From an uncultured virus (IMG/VR IMGVR_UViG_3300002068_000001) (Duplodnaviria > Heunggongvirae > Uroviricota > Caudoviricetes > Crassvirales), in IMG/VR virus record IMGVR_UViG_3300002068_000001: DNA of 30,330 bases; one strand, given 5' to 3'. Made by a program: the position numbers and the translations under genes. How positions within the stretch are numbered: the first letter of the stretch is position 1; each line of letters starts with the position of its first letter. The notes under the pieces were generated by a model. That model was not told where the DNA came from. It searched no databases and worked only from the letters and a program-made list of their open reading frames with translations. Below are positions 18,299-27,520 of the stretch, one piece after another.

Positions 18299-18681
18299 TA
18301 CTCTTCTACAATTTTAGTAAGTGGAGAGCCGTCTTCAAAACAAAACAATTTTCTAAATTCAATATCGATATAATTGAATCCATGTCCTGTATAAATGTTA
18401 TTACTTGTTAATGCAGTTATAATACATTTAAGATCTGTTCCTATAGCAGAAGATTTAAAAATAGTTCCCTTTTTGAAATGTTCATACAAATCTTCAATTG
18501 TAAGAGGAACTGTTTTGGATTCTGGTTTGATACGGTATCTTTCAGGATAAGGAAAAAGAAGAATACTTGCAATTGTATCAGTATCTTCCCAATTTAATAA
18601 ATTTGTTTTAAATTGGATTTTTTTACCTTTTGCAAATGCTTCAAGCAGAGGTAATACACGAGTTACATCTTGTCTGTTCAT
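18298..18681 (-). CDS. Hypothetical phage protein
   Basis: Likely start ATG 18679-18681 (MNRQDV); AFAKGKKIQ...YRIKPE pattern. Confidence 0.7.
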   Translation of the reverse strand: MNRQDVTRVLPLLEAFAKGKKIQFKTNLLNWEDTDTIASILLFPYPERYRIKPESKTVPLTIEDLYEHFKKGTIFKSSAIGTDLKCIITALTSNNIYTGHGFNYIDIEFRKLFCFEDGSPLTKIVEE

Positions 18682-18712
18682 AAAATCTAAGTTTAAGAGT
18701 TTAAAATTTGGT

Positions 18713-18898
18713 TTAAAGCATTTCTTCAAGTTCGTCTGCAACTAATTGATAGTAGTCTTTGATGTATTGATAAGGATCAGCTTTGAGTACTTCTTTTACA
18801 ACAAACATTGCACTCATTACTGCTGCATCACCATCACAATAAATTTCAAATTTGTTAATCAATTCATTCGCTTTTTCTAAAGGAGTTTGTTTTGGCAT
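18713..18898 (-). CDS. Small hypothetical phage protein
   Basis: Likely start ATG 18896-18898 (MPKQTPLEKANELINKF). Confidence 0.6.
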   Translation of the reverse strand: MPKQTPLEKANELINKFEIYCDGDAAVMSAMFVVKEVLKADPYQYIKDYYQLVADELEEML

Positions 18899-19114
18899 AA
18901 GAGTTTTATTAAGAGTTAATAAATAAACCACTAATACTACTAATCCAAATTGATTAATAGTACTAGTAGTTTCTATGTTATGGCTATTCATGCTTTTTCC
19001 AAGAGCACGAACCTATTACAAATAACTTTCCTTGGCGACAATCTAACACTTCTAAGTAATTAGTTTCTCTATACTGTGTTAGTATTTGCATTCGGTGAAT
19101 AGCCTATGAGTTTA

Positions 19115-19152
19115 AAAAGAGACTCCAACTTGTTTCACAACACGATGGAGTG
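19115..19152 (-). terminator. Putative terminator with GNRA-capped hairpin
   Basis: Minus strand ACTCCA-TCG-TGTT(GTGA)AACA-AGT-TGGAGT-CTCTTTTT downstream of 19189 stop. Confidence 0.5.
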
Positions 19153-19188
19153 TGGCGATATTAAAATCGCAGTGCAAGAAAATGTGAT

Positions 19189-19539
19189 TTATCCTACCTG
19201 AGTGTAAGAGAATGTGTGGGGGTGTGCAATACGGGCAAAATGCTGATTCAGCTTTTCATCGTCTGTGAGTGAATCCCATTGTTTGTTGTGATTCCATTTG
19301 GATTTGTACCATTCTGGAACTTGATTGGATAGCATGTAATCAACTGCCGTTTCTGAAATGGTAGTTTTCTTACTGGCAACAGAGTTAGTTCGTTGAAAAT
19401 GCTGTTTGTCGTAGTGTTTGGTGATTTTTTGACCACCTACTTCTTTTACTTCAGTAACATTGATAGTTACTTCTTCTTTCACTTGTGAAAGGACACCTTC
19501 TGCGAATACAGTCAGGAGAATTGCGCTGTTGTTTGACAT
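19189..19539 (-). CDS. Hypothetical protein
   Basis: Likely start ATG 19537-19539 (MSNNSAILL). Confidence 0.7.
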   Translation of the reverse strand: MSNNSAILLTVFAEGVLSQVKEEVTINVTEVKEVGGQKITKHYDKQHFQRTNSVASKKTTISETAVDYMLSNQVPEWYKSKWNHNKQWDSLTDDEKLNQHFARIAHPHTFSYTQVG

Positions 19540-19986
19540 ATTTAGCACCTTTCCATTACTGGTTAAGGTCAAGCTTAGCACTCATTTGTGTGGGTTGAAA
19601 GTATTACCTCGTTTGTTAAGGGTTGCTTCGACTTGCTAAAGGTCGCCACACAGACTATCTTTCAATTTAGTACCTACCCCATTTGCTGGGCCGTCATTTA
19701 TTAGAGTTGGATTAACCGCATCCTCATAAATAATTTTATCTTTACCTGTACTAACCTCTTCATAATTTTTGGAAACCCAATAATTACTTATAGAAATCAT
19801 CTTTTATTCGGGATCGATGTTCAGCCCGTTAATATATTATTCAATTTCAAACGTTTTCCCAGTCTACTTTAATTGTTAGTTCGGAATGATGCCTTGTTAA
19901 GATTCACATAAATGCTTCACTGTGAAGGAGATGACCGACGCTCGTATTTAAAGCTTGCCTATTGGATTGAATAATCGATTAATAAA

Positions 19987-20310
19987 TTATTTGTATTTAA
20001 TTTCTCGTAAGAAATTACGCAATTCAAGACTATTGATCTTTTCTTCATCGTAAGATCCAAATCTTAATCTGATTGTAGATTCAATAGCTGGTTTATCTTC
20101 AGATTTAGCAAGTACCCATTCATGATGTATACGTACTAAATCTTGTTCCATTCCTTGATTGTAACTTTTAGTTTCTTCAAAGACTTCTCTCTTTGCATTT
20201 TCTGTGCGTACTCCCCAAAATTTAATCCCAAAGATTTGGAATTCATTAATAAGAAATACTGATAATACAAGTGCGAGGATAACTAATGTGACCTTTCCAG
20301 ATGTTTTCAT
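19987..20310 (-). CDS. Membrane-anchored protein, partner of upstream lipoprotein
   Basis: N-terminal TM helix; ENAKREVFEETKSYNQG; TAATG overlap with the upstream gene. Confidence 0.75.
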   Translation of the reverse strand: MKTSGKVTLVILALVLSVFLINEFQIFGIKFWGVRTENAKREVFEETKSYNQGMEQDLVRIHHEWVLAKSEDKPAIESTIRLRFGSYDEEKINSLELRNFLREIKYK

Positions 20311-20795
20311 TACAAAGGAAATGGTGAAATAAGTACTCTGGGTTCACAATAGACTGGTTTGGGTTCACCTGTAGCAGGATTGATTAGTAAAATCCATGTA
20401 CCATCAGCAGAAGCAGGCATAAATAAGCCATTTGGATCTGCTTGAGGAAGTGTTACCGATTGATATAACTGTCGTTCAGGATTAGTAAATTGAGTGGCAT
20501 AAGGAAGTCCATAACCAATACATTTACCAAGAAATACAGGCTTACCAGTCATTTCAGGAACAATGTAGGCATAACAAATTAAGTTAGCTTTATCCCTGAG
20601 TTCTAGAATGTCTTTCATCATCTTTTTCTCAGTGAAATTGACGATGTTGGGCATACCTACTTGACGATTCAGTTCTTGAAGCGATGCTTCCTGTTGATCT
20701 GCTTGAGTTCGATCTACACTTGTTGATTCACAACTAGAACTTGATAATAGCATAAATGCTACCATAAAAACAAAAAATCCAATAAACTTTTTCAT
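20310..20795 (-). CDS. Putative lipoprotein
   Basis: MKK + hydrophobic core + SSSSC; GYGLPYATQFTNP, PQADPNGLF motifs. Confidence 0.75.
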   Translation of the reverse strand: MKKFIGFFVFMVAFMLLSSSSCESTSVDRTQADQQEASLQELNRQVGMPNIVNFTEKKMMKDILELRDKANLICYAYIVPEMTGKPVFLGKCIGYGLPYATQFTNPERQLYQSVTLPQADPNGLFMPASADGTWILLINPATGEPKPVYCEPRVLISPFPL

Positions 20796-20839
20796 AAAAA
20801 TCTAAATTAAAAGGGTTTATAAATAAAAAATTAAGAGAA

Positions 20840-21325
20840 TTATACTTTAGGAATTTCAAATTTAATTTCGGTTAGGAAAAGGGTTTGATTATACATATCA
20901 AGACCATTGTAGTGAAGAAATTTTCCACTAGGATGATATGAAATAGTACCAGCAGTTTTATTATCCATTTCTACTATGATTTTTTTGGATTCAATTGTAA
21001 GTATAGTTCCCCATCCATACAAAAAATCCCACACCTTATCACCAACTTTAACTTCAGATAAATCTGATGCTAATTTGGGTTCTTGGATGAGAAGGATTTG
21101 ATATTTACCTGTTCCTATGACTACAATATTGTCACCAATAATACGTCTAATAGTACCATCAATACTAAGACACAGATCTTTTGAATCAATTGCTTTAAAA
21201 ATGTGCATTAAAAATCTACCATGATCGTAGCATAAAACAGGGTTTTCCCCCATTCCAAATACACCCCATTTAGCACCATTTTTAATGGCTTTAAGATCAA
21301 ATGGTTTTGTTTTAATTATTCCCAT
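20840..21325 (-). CDS. Hypothetical protein
   Basis: Likely start ATG 21323-21325; KPFDLKA N-terminus and VKVGDKVWDFLYGWG SH3-like segment. Confidence 0.7.
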   Translation of the reverse strand: MGIIKTKPFDLKAIKNGAKWGVFGMGENPVLCYDHGRFLMHIFKAIDSKDLCLSIDGTIRRIIGDNIVVIGTGKYQILLIQEPKLASDLSEVKVGDKVWDFLYGWGTILTIESKKIIVEMDNKTAGTISYHPSGKFLHYNGLDMYNQTLFLTEIKFEIPKV

Positions 21326-21327
21326 AG

Positions 21328-21663
21328 TTAATTTACACATTTATTGATTTGTTTTCTTAACCATTTTAGACGTGGTTTTTCTTCACCAGCTTCCCACCAA
21401 AATATATTCATGTGGTGTCGATCTGATGTGAAATAGCCACACATAAATGTTCTCCAAGTTAATGGAATGTTTTTATGGATGTATTTAAAGAGAATATCAC
21501 GTTCTTCTGTGGTGATTTCTTCATGAGCAGCTAAATGGTGTATTTTACTACAAAGTCCTGTACAATCTATACCATGTGTAAGTATTTGATCATTTACAAG
21601 AATAAGTAATTCAATAATATATCTTGCTGGTTCAATTTTTGGGGTAGTTTGTTTCTTCATCAT
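21328..21663 (-). CDS. Hypothetical protein
   Basis: Likely start MMKKQTT; GLC...FWW...PRLKWL pattern. Confidence 0.65.
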   Translation of the reverse strand: MMKKQTTPKIEPARYIIELLILVNDQILTHGIDCTGLCSKIHHLAAHEEITTEERDILFKYIHKNIPLTWRTFMCGYFTSDRHHMNIFWWEAGEEKPRLKWLRKQINKCVN

Positions 21664-21793
21664 CTGGTTTATAATTACATTTATGACAAACGTATCCATT
21701 CCAAGTGTTTTCACATCTTGGACAAATAGGCATTACTCTCAAACTTACGAATGGAGTCTTTTTTTCTTTCGTGATTGGTTTAGACTGTTTCAT
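21632..21793 (-). CDS. Small zinc-ribbon protein
   Basis: CPRC-x8-CHKC; start ATG 21791-21793 or 21731-21733. Confidence 0.5.
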   Translation of the reverse strand: MKQSKPITKEKKTPFVSLRVMPICPRCENTWNGYVCHKCNYKPDDEETNYPKN

Positions 21794-22253
21794 GATTGAT
21801 TGGTCTAAATTTGTCCCATAAAACGGTGCGAAATGAGAAGACTTTTTTGAAGTTTTCCATGTCATTTTCACCTACACAAACAACACCAGCATCTGACGAG
21901 CAGATATAAATTCGAGTGTGCCATTCTTTATCACCAATGTTTTGTACATTCACATAAGCACCTAAAACAGGTATAAATGGAATAGGATTTGAACAAAGCA
22001 TTTTTTTGATTTGAGAGATGGTATTGATTGTAATACCATCTTTTAGACGAATGATTTCAGCATTACAAAGAATTATTCCATCCAACGCATAATACACCCT
22101 AGCATTGTATGTGCTACAATTTATAACATTACCAGTCAAATCATGTTTGTTGAAAACGCCATTGTTTACAAGAAATGCAATTGCTTTTTTGCATTCATCC
22201 ATACTGGTACACAAGATACCAATTTTTTCTAAATTTTTATTCACCGTTTTCAA
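21780..22253 (-). CDS. Hypothetical protein, tandem paralog pair C
   Basis: NKNLEKIGIL...IAFLVNNGVFNK; similar to 22237..22773. Confidence 0.7.
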   Translation of the reverse strand: MKTVNKNLEKIGILCTSMDECKKAIAFLVNNGVFNKHDLTGNVINCSTYNARVYYALDGIILCNAEIIRLKDGITINTISQIKKMLCSNPIPFIPVLGAYVNVQNIGDKEWHTRIYICSSDAGVVCVGENDMENFKKVFSFRTVLWDKFRPINHETV

Positions 22254-22773
22254 GTTTTAAATTGTTAATTTGGCATTCAAGTTCCCATTTCTGTTTAGAC
22301 ACTGCATCAAGATTGTCTTGTAGATTCTTAATCTTTTCTTGATTGATTTCTTGTTGAGTTGGAAGTTCTTTTGCATTTGACCACCAAGAAGTACTTAAAC
22401 CACTTCCAAGCATTGGATTTCTAAAAAAATCTTCATGTTTTTCATAAATGCCTAAAAACATACCATCTTTTTCCAATAAAATAATTCTTTCTCTTTCATT
22501 GTTGTTTTGATCCCAAACAATCATTTTTCTAGGAAAAGTTAATTCGGGTTTTGAATCAATTAATTCTTGAGCTTTTTTAAGAGTCAAACATTGTTGACAA
22601 TTTTCAGGATGCAATGATTGTATGATAATTAAATCTGTATCAATATAATAACCACTTGTAAGATTATTATCCTTGTGTTGCCATTTATTAATACCTCCTT
22701 GAGATTCTAAAAAAGGTATAACCAATCCTTTACCTGTACCTAAGATACAGACTTTTTCTAATTTTTTATTCAT
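22237..22773 (-). CDS. Hypothetical protein, tandem paralog pair C, with C-terminal coiled coil
   Basis: NKKLEKVCIL...IPFLESQGGINK; FPRKMIVWD. Confidence 0.72.
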   Translation of the reverse strand: MNKKLEKVCILGTGKGLVIPFLESQGGINKWQHKDNNLTSGYYIDTDLIIIQSLHPENCQQCLTLKKAQELIDSKPELTFPRKMIVWDQNNNERERIILLEKDGMFLGIYEKHEDFFRNPMLGSGLSTSWWSNAKELPTQQEINQEKIKNLQDNLDAVSKQKWELECQINNLKLENGE

Positions 22774-22919
22774 AAAATCTAAATTTTGTTTAATTAATTT
22801 AATTCAATAAGACCGACTTTAACGGTTTATATCTATATGAGTTGAACTTCTACTATATGACATAAGTTTGAATTACACTGAAACATTATGAAACAAATGA
22901 ATATACTTTCACAAGTATA

Positions 22920-23363
22920 TTATTCTATCTTACCCCAATTAATGTTGAATAGGATAATACACATTTTAGAACCATTTGTACTGGTGTATGGTGCTTCTAA
23001 AGAGATTGTTTGTTCTGTATAAGCATTCTTTTTTAGATATGGTTCAAACAATTTCTTTAGTGGTTCAACATAATCTTCTTTTACATCACACATAATCATG
23101 TTTTTGCTTAAACCTTTATCATGTAAAACTTTTAATATGTCTTTTAAATATTGAACACCATTCTCATTTTTAATGAGTGATTGAGCATTAGCAATACTCA
23201 TCAATTGACAATTTCTTGTTGGTCCATAATTCACTGTAAAAGATAACATATCACTTACACGAAAATATATAGTTCTTGCAGATGTTGATGTTTCATTTGA
23301 ATCAACCCAAGTAATTGATTGAAATTGTTTATACTGTTCTATATTCTTTAAAGGAGTATCCAT
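22920..23363 (-). CDS. Hypothetical protein, NCQ paralog family A (dispersed copy)
   Basis: GPTRNCQLMSIA, KNMIMCDVK, PYTSTNGSKM. Confidence 0.78.
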   Translation of the reverse strand: MDTPLKNIEQYKQFQSITWVDSNETSTSARTIYFRVSDMLSFTVNYGPTRNCQLMSIANAQSLIKNENGVQYLKDILKVLHDKGLSKNMIMCDVKEDYVEPLKKLFEPYLKKNAYTEQTISLEAPYTSTNGSKMCIILFNINWGKIE

Positions 23364-23366
23364 TTG

Positions 23367-23936
23367 TTATTGTTTATAAAAGTTATTATCTAAAATCCAA
23401 GATTGCATGTGAGTGTGTAAAGATTTGTACCAAAGAATTTGATTTGATATTGAATGGTTTGTAAATGTAGTTACATCTTGAGCATTATTCATATACTCAT
23501 GAATCTCTCCTGTAAGATTAACTAATAGGAGATAGAGCCACATTGGTGGAATACAAAATGCCAATTTATCAGCATAACAGAGTTTTGAATAGAGTTCATT
23601 GTTTTTATTTGCATAGTATCGAGAGTGATAGAGTGTGAAATTAAGCCATTTGTCAGGTTGAATGTCTACTTCCGTATGTCCATCAATTGATAGAATAAAA
23701 GGTGTATCATCAAAGAGAAAATGCATAATTTCAGCTCCTAAAACAGGATGAGTCTTACCATTTTCACCATCTATATCAGATTTACCCCAATATCCCCAAT
23801 CATGAACTAAGAAAGCAATCCAAATTCGTGGGTCAAATGGGAATCCATATAAGCGAGTGTAAGCAATTGCTACAAAAATGGGGTGTAGGATGAATTGATG
23901 TGCACCAAATAAGATGCTTTTAGTTCCTAGTTTCAT
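23367..23936 (-). CDS. HD-domain phosphohydrolase-like protein
   Basis: H...LVHDWG...HP..GA...YH...LCYADK arrangement of the HD superfamily. Confidence 0.72.
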   Translation of the reverse strand: MKLGTKSILFGAHQFILHPIFVAIAYTRLYGFPFDPRIWIAFLVHDWGYWGKSDIDGENGKTHPVLGAEIMHFLFDDTPFILSIDGHTEVDIQPDKWLNFTLYHSRYYANKNNELYSKLCYADKLAFCIPPMWLYLLLVNLTGEIHEYMNNAQDVTTFTNHSISNQILWYKSLHTHMQSWILDNNFYKQ

Positions 23937-23948
23937 AATTAATCTATT

Positions 23949-24632
23949 TTAAAATTCATTTGTTGAACCGTTTATTTCTCTAACGGTTGATTCAATATCT
24001 ACTTGAGCTAAATACTTCTCTTTTAGAATGAATTGATAGTAATTAACTCTTATTTCTACTTTGTCTTCATAGTGAACCCAAGTACAAGAGTATTTGCTAA
24101 TTAATTCTCTAAGACGTTCTAATTTTGAGAGGGATTTATCAGTACAATGTTCATACTTTAACCAAGATTCCCAATATGTATCGTATCGAAGTGTATCTTT
24201 ACCCACATTTGGTACAATTCCAATGAAGAGTTGTTTACCAAATAAGACAATAGAAATACATGGATTCCATTCAAATCTGTAATCATCTGCAGTCCATTTA
24301 GTTTTCCATCCTAGAGATGTGAAATGGAAATTAAAGTATTTAGCTGGTACATATCTTTGACATTTCATAGATTCATCTACTAATTCATCAAGTGAACGCT
24401 TAGATGGATAGTATTTGTGGTTTAATTTCTCATTTGCTAATTTAATAGCTGTTTCCATATTCATTTTAGCCAATTTGCGTGGTAGAAAATAGGGAGTACC
24501 TTGAGTGATTTTACCAAAATACCAAGTAAGCTTTAAAGGTTTAAACGGAGAGTTTAATACTCTTAAAAAGCCGTAGTCGTAGCGAATGTTTGATTTAAAT
24601 GATTTAAACCATTTCTTTAGTTTGTTCAGCAT
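23949..24632 (-). CDS. Hypothetical protein
   Basis: Likely start ATG 24630-24632; GTPYFLPR, LGWKTKW..YRFEWNP aromatic-rich motifs. Confidence 0.72.
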   Translation of the reverse strand: MLNKLKKWFKSFKSNIRYDYGFLRVLNSPFKPLKLTWYFGKITQGTPYFLPRKLAKMNMETAIKLANEKLNHKYYPSKRSLDELVDESMKCQRYVPAKYFNFHFTSLGWKTKWTADDYRFEWNPCISIVLFGKQLFIGIVPNVGKDTLRYDTYWESWLKYEHCTDKSLSKLERLRELISKYSCTWVHYEDKVEIRVNYYQFILKEKYLAQVDIESTVREINGSTNEF

Positions 24633-24921
24633 TATCGTTTGTATAAGGTGCAATGTCTAAGAATACATAAGGCCAATCGTGATCAATTACATATTTGGAG
24701 TAGCCGTCTTTTTTGAGTAAAGCTTTTGATTCAGTAACCCATTCCTCTAGTTGAGTATTTGTACATGGATATAATTTGAACCAATCAGGAGTTTTACAGA
24801 TTTCAGGATGAAGTAATACAACTTCTTCAATGGTTGTATTGTGATACTTTGTAAGCCATAGATTTAATAAATCATTGGCGGTAATTCTTTTCTTTTTCAT
24901 AATTATTATATAAGTTGACAA
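24604..24921 (-). CDS. Hypothetical protein
   Basis: About 100-aa ORF overlapping neighbours. Confidence 0.65.
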   Translation of the reverse strand: MSTYIIIMKKKRITANDLLNLWLTKYHNTTIEEVVLLHPEICKTPDWFKLYPCTNTQLEEWVTESKALLKKDGYSKYVIDHDWPYVFLDIAPYTNDNAEQTKEMV

Positions 24922-25151
24922 TAATAATCCGTCATGGTATCTAATAGTCCTTTTGGATATTCTTCTAATGTGCCATTACGATCAAGTCTAACTTTTTTAT
25001 CTTTAAAGATTATATAATAACCAGATAATTGTGCTTTTTTAATTTGCACTCGAATATCTAACAATTCATATTCATTAGCTGTTCCAAGTAAAACATTTTC
25101 TGGTGTATATACTTTTACTACAGGTGGTTTTATTTTGTTTATTTGTATCAT
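24906..25151 (-). CDS. Hypothetical protein
   Basis: 81-aa ORF with ATG start. Confidence 0.65.
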   Translation of the reverse strand: MIQINKIKPPVVKVYTPENVLLGTANEYELLDIRVQIKKAQLSGYYIIFKDKKVRLDRNGTLEEYPKGLLDTMTDYYCQLI

Positions 25152-25390
25152 ATTTAATAAATTTAAAAAATCAATTTCAGTCCTTGCATGAGAATTAATT
25201 TGGTATAAAGAGATACATTTCGCCAGTCATGTGAATCCATAGGAAGCCAATATACTATTCTGTAGGTTTATACTTACTTTTAAATTTAACAAACACAACC
25301 AATGCCTTGGTCTATATCTAACATTTGTTCCTTGCACGCAAGTGTCATTCTAAATATTTGTCTGCTTCAATCTGAAATTGATTTTATTAT

Positions 25391-25534
25391 TTACAAGTTT
25401 TGTTGAATGAATTCTTTAAGAAGTTTTGGTCCAAATATTTTATCAGCTTTGTACATATTACCAGCAAGTTTAAAAAGCAAGTGTTCAACTTCTTCTCTTG
25501 ACCAAGATTCTTTTACTTTTTTAACGTCAGACAT
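25391..25534 (-). CDS. Small hypothetical protein (47 aa)
   Basis: Below track cutoff; MSDVKKVKESWSREEVEHLL...FIQQNL*. Confidence 0.6.
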   Translation of the reverse strand: MSDVKKVKESWSREEVEHLLFKLAGNMYKADKIFGPKLLKEFIQQNL

Positions 25535-25556
25535 AGCTGTTTGTTTTAAGTGTTAA

Positions 25557-25742
25557 TTAACGAATATTTTTATATTTTACACGTGCATCTTTTAAAGACA
25601 TTATTTCTTTATATTTTGCTGGATAACCTTCTTCAATTAAACAACCATATGCGCTATTTAATGGATAAAATAAAGTGCCATTTGTATATGAGAATATATA
25701 TCCTAATTCTCCTTCTCCTATAGGTAAATGTTTATGTGACAT
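25557..25742 (-). CDS. Small hypothetical protein
   Basis: 61-aa ATG ORF on the coding strand. Confidence 0.5.
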   Translation of the reverse strand: MSHKHLPIGEGELGYIFSYTNGTLFYPLNSAYGCLIEEGYPAKYKEIMSLKDARVKYKNIR

Positions 25743-26172
25743 ATAATTTATTTTAAATAAGGTTGATTAATATACTACTACTCTTAAAATATTGAAGCAT
25801 ACACGATGAAGTGTATTCACCTAAAGCATCACTACATATGCCAATGCTTAACTCCATGAGCTTATATAATAATATGGTTTTAAAGGGAGTCACACAGCGT
25901 TCTCAACACACTCGACTAGCCAAATTCTTCGCTAGATATGTGACATGTTTAAAATTACTGACTGACTACAGTTTACACATTTTCATCAAAGTATGTATAA
26001 GTTGACCTTGCTCGTAGGATTTATATCTGAGGCATTTCACCTCTTTCAATCTGTAAAAGCGGAGATTGTGAATGTTCATCTAAGAACTTAGTTTAAGAAT
26101 AGGATAGTTGCTACAATTAATATAATAACAAGTGTGTAGAGTAGGATGTGAATAAGTATGTATTTCAATAAC

Positions 26173-26598
26173 TTATTCCCAGGTTTCTTTGGTTTCAACA
26201 ATAAATATACCATATAGATAATCTATAGGATGTAATGAAGAAGCATTATTAAAGCACACTAATCCAAAATGATGTACCAAATTATTTATTTGTATAGGAG
26301 TTTTACCAATACATAATTGATTGAGTATTTTCCAACTTAGTTCAAAGTAATGAATTGTTTTACTCCTATAATCATCATTATCCTTATATATTAATGATAC
26401 AGCATCTTCTTTGGGATTTTCAAACCAAGCTAATTGTAATTTTGGCATTTCTAATTGAATTCCTTCTAATTTATTACAATTATAATATGGAAATGAAGAA
26501 GTTATTTGTATTTCTACATATTCAGGAAACAATATTTTACACATTTCTAAAATTTTAGATTTGTGGGAGTCGGTTAGTTCAAGTGGTTTAATGCTCAT
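26173..26598 (-). CDS. Hypothetical protein
   Basis: KSKILEMCKILFPEY...IHYFEL...HPIDYLY pattern. Confidence 0.7.
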   Translation of the reverse strand: MSIKPLELTDSHKSKILEMCKILFPEYVEIQITSSFPYYNCNKLEGIQLEMPKLQLAWFENPKEDAVSLIYKDNDDYRSKTIHYFELSWKILNQLCIGKTPIQINNLVHHFGLVCFNNASSLHPIDYLYGIFIVETKETWE

Positions 26599-26704
26599 AA
26601 TCGTCTAGTGCTTCAAGTGCTTTACCAATTTTGTAAAGGAGATTAATAATATAACCAACTAAGGCTACTATTATTACAATGAGGGTAATTACTAAATAAA
26701 TCAT
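26588..26704 (-). CDS. Small membrane peptide (38 aa)
   Basis: MIYLVITLIVIIVALVGYIINLLYK..., overlaps the next start. Confidence 0.5.
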   Translation of the reverse strand: MIYLVITLIVIIVALVGYIINLLYKIGKALEALDDYEH

Positions 26705-26724
26705 GGGTTTTAAGTATTAATTAA

Positions 26725-26988
26725 TTATTCATAAATGTGACGTATCATTACATTGTTCTTCTCATCATATATATTCAATATATTCATGTGTTCTAAATGA
26801 GCTGCTTTAGTAGCTGCATATTTAAGATTGAATACATGCATGTTTAGTGCTTGAACAATTCCTTGTAATTCTTCTGTAGTAACCTTACGGTTGAGAGTAG
26901 CTTCAACATATTCATCAATGAATTCATTGAGTTGTGATAATTCAATTTGATCGTTAGTGAGAATATGTTTTATGAGATCTTTATTCAT
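26725..26988 (-). CDS. Hypothetical protein
   Basis: 87-aa ATG ORF. Confidence 0.65.
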   Translation of the reverse strand: MNKDLIKHILTNDQIELSQLNEFIDEYVEATLNRKVTTEELQGIVQALNMHVFNLKYAATKAAHLEHMNILNIYDEKNNVMIRHIYE

Positions 26989-27346
26989 ATTGTGTATTAT
27001 ATAATTTTAGGATAGAGTCTATAACCAGGTATTAACTTATTGGCAGTAACTTAACTCATGGGAATCCAACGATGGATCAAGTTTTGTATTGATTTATAAG
27101 CATTGTACATCACTAATTAATTCTCTCAAGGATTTTATTAGTAGCTTATGTTGATTCCAATAGGTAAATAGGATAAATATAGATACTTGTAAGACCTTTA
27201 CAGTATTGCCAACAAGTTACCATGTTAACACCTTCTTCTAATATTATCCTATTTTATGTGACCGACTATTACGGTAAATCTCTCAGAGGTAATCATTTCT
27301 AGAGAGAGATGTTTTGAATTGCACAGTAACCCTATAACAAGGTTAT

Positions 27347-27520
27347 TTATGCAGGATATTGAATACATGAAGTCATAATGAATCCATAATTCAATGGTAT
27401 TGTACCTATTACACCATTTTTAATTGTGTAAAATTTAATACAAGTTGTTTCTATTGCAAATGAATCAACTTTAATATCAAATGGAATACCTGTAGTAGGT
27501 ATAATTGTAAATGTATACAT
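27347..27520 (-). CDS. Small hypothetical protein (57 aa)
   Basis: ATG overlaps the upstream TAA (TAATG); MYTFTIIPTTGIPFDIK... Confidence 0.5.
   Translation of the reverse strand: MYTFTIIPTTGIPFDIKVDSFAIETTCIKFYTIKNGVIGTIPLNYGFIMTSCIQYPA

Noticed and set aside
19987..20795. Spanin pair
   Set aside because: Gene order (lipoprotein first) and absence of nearby holin/endolysin do not fit.
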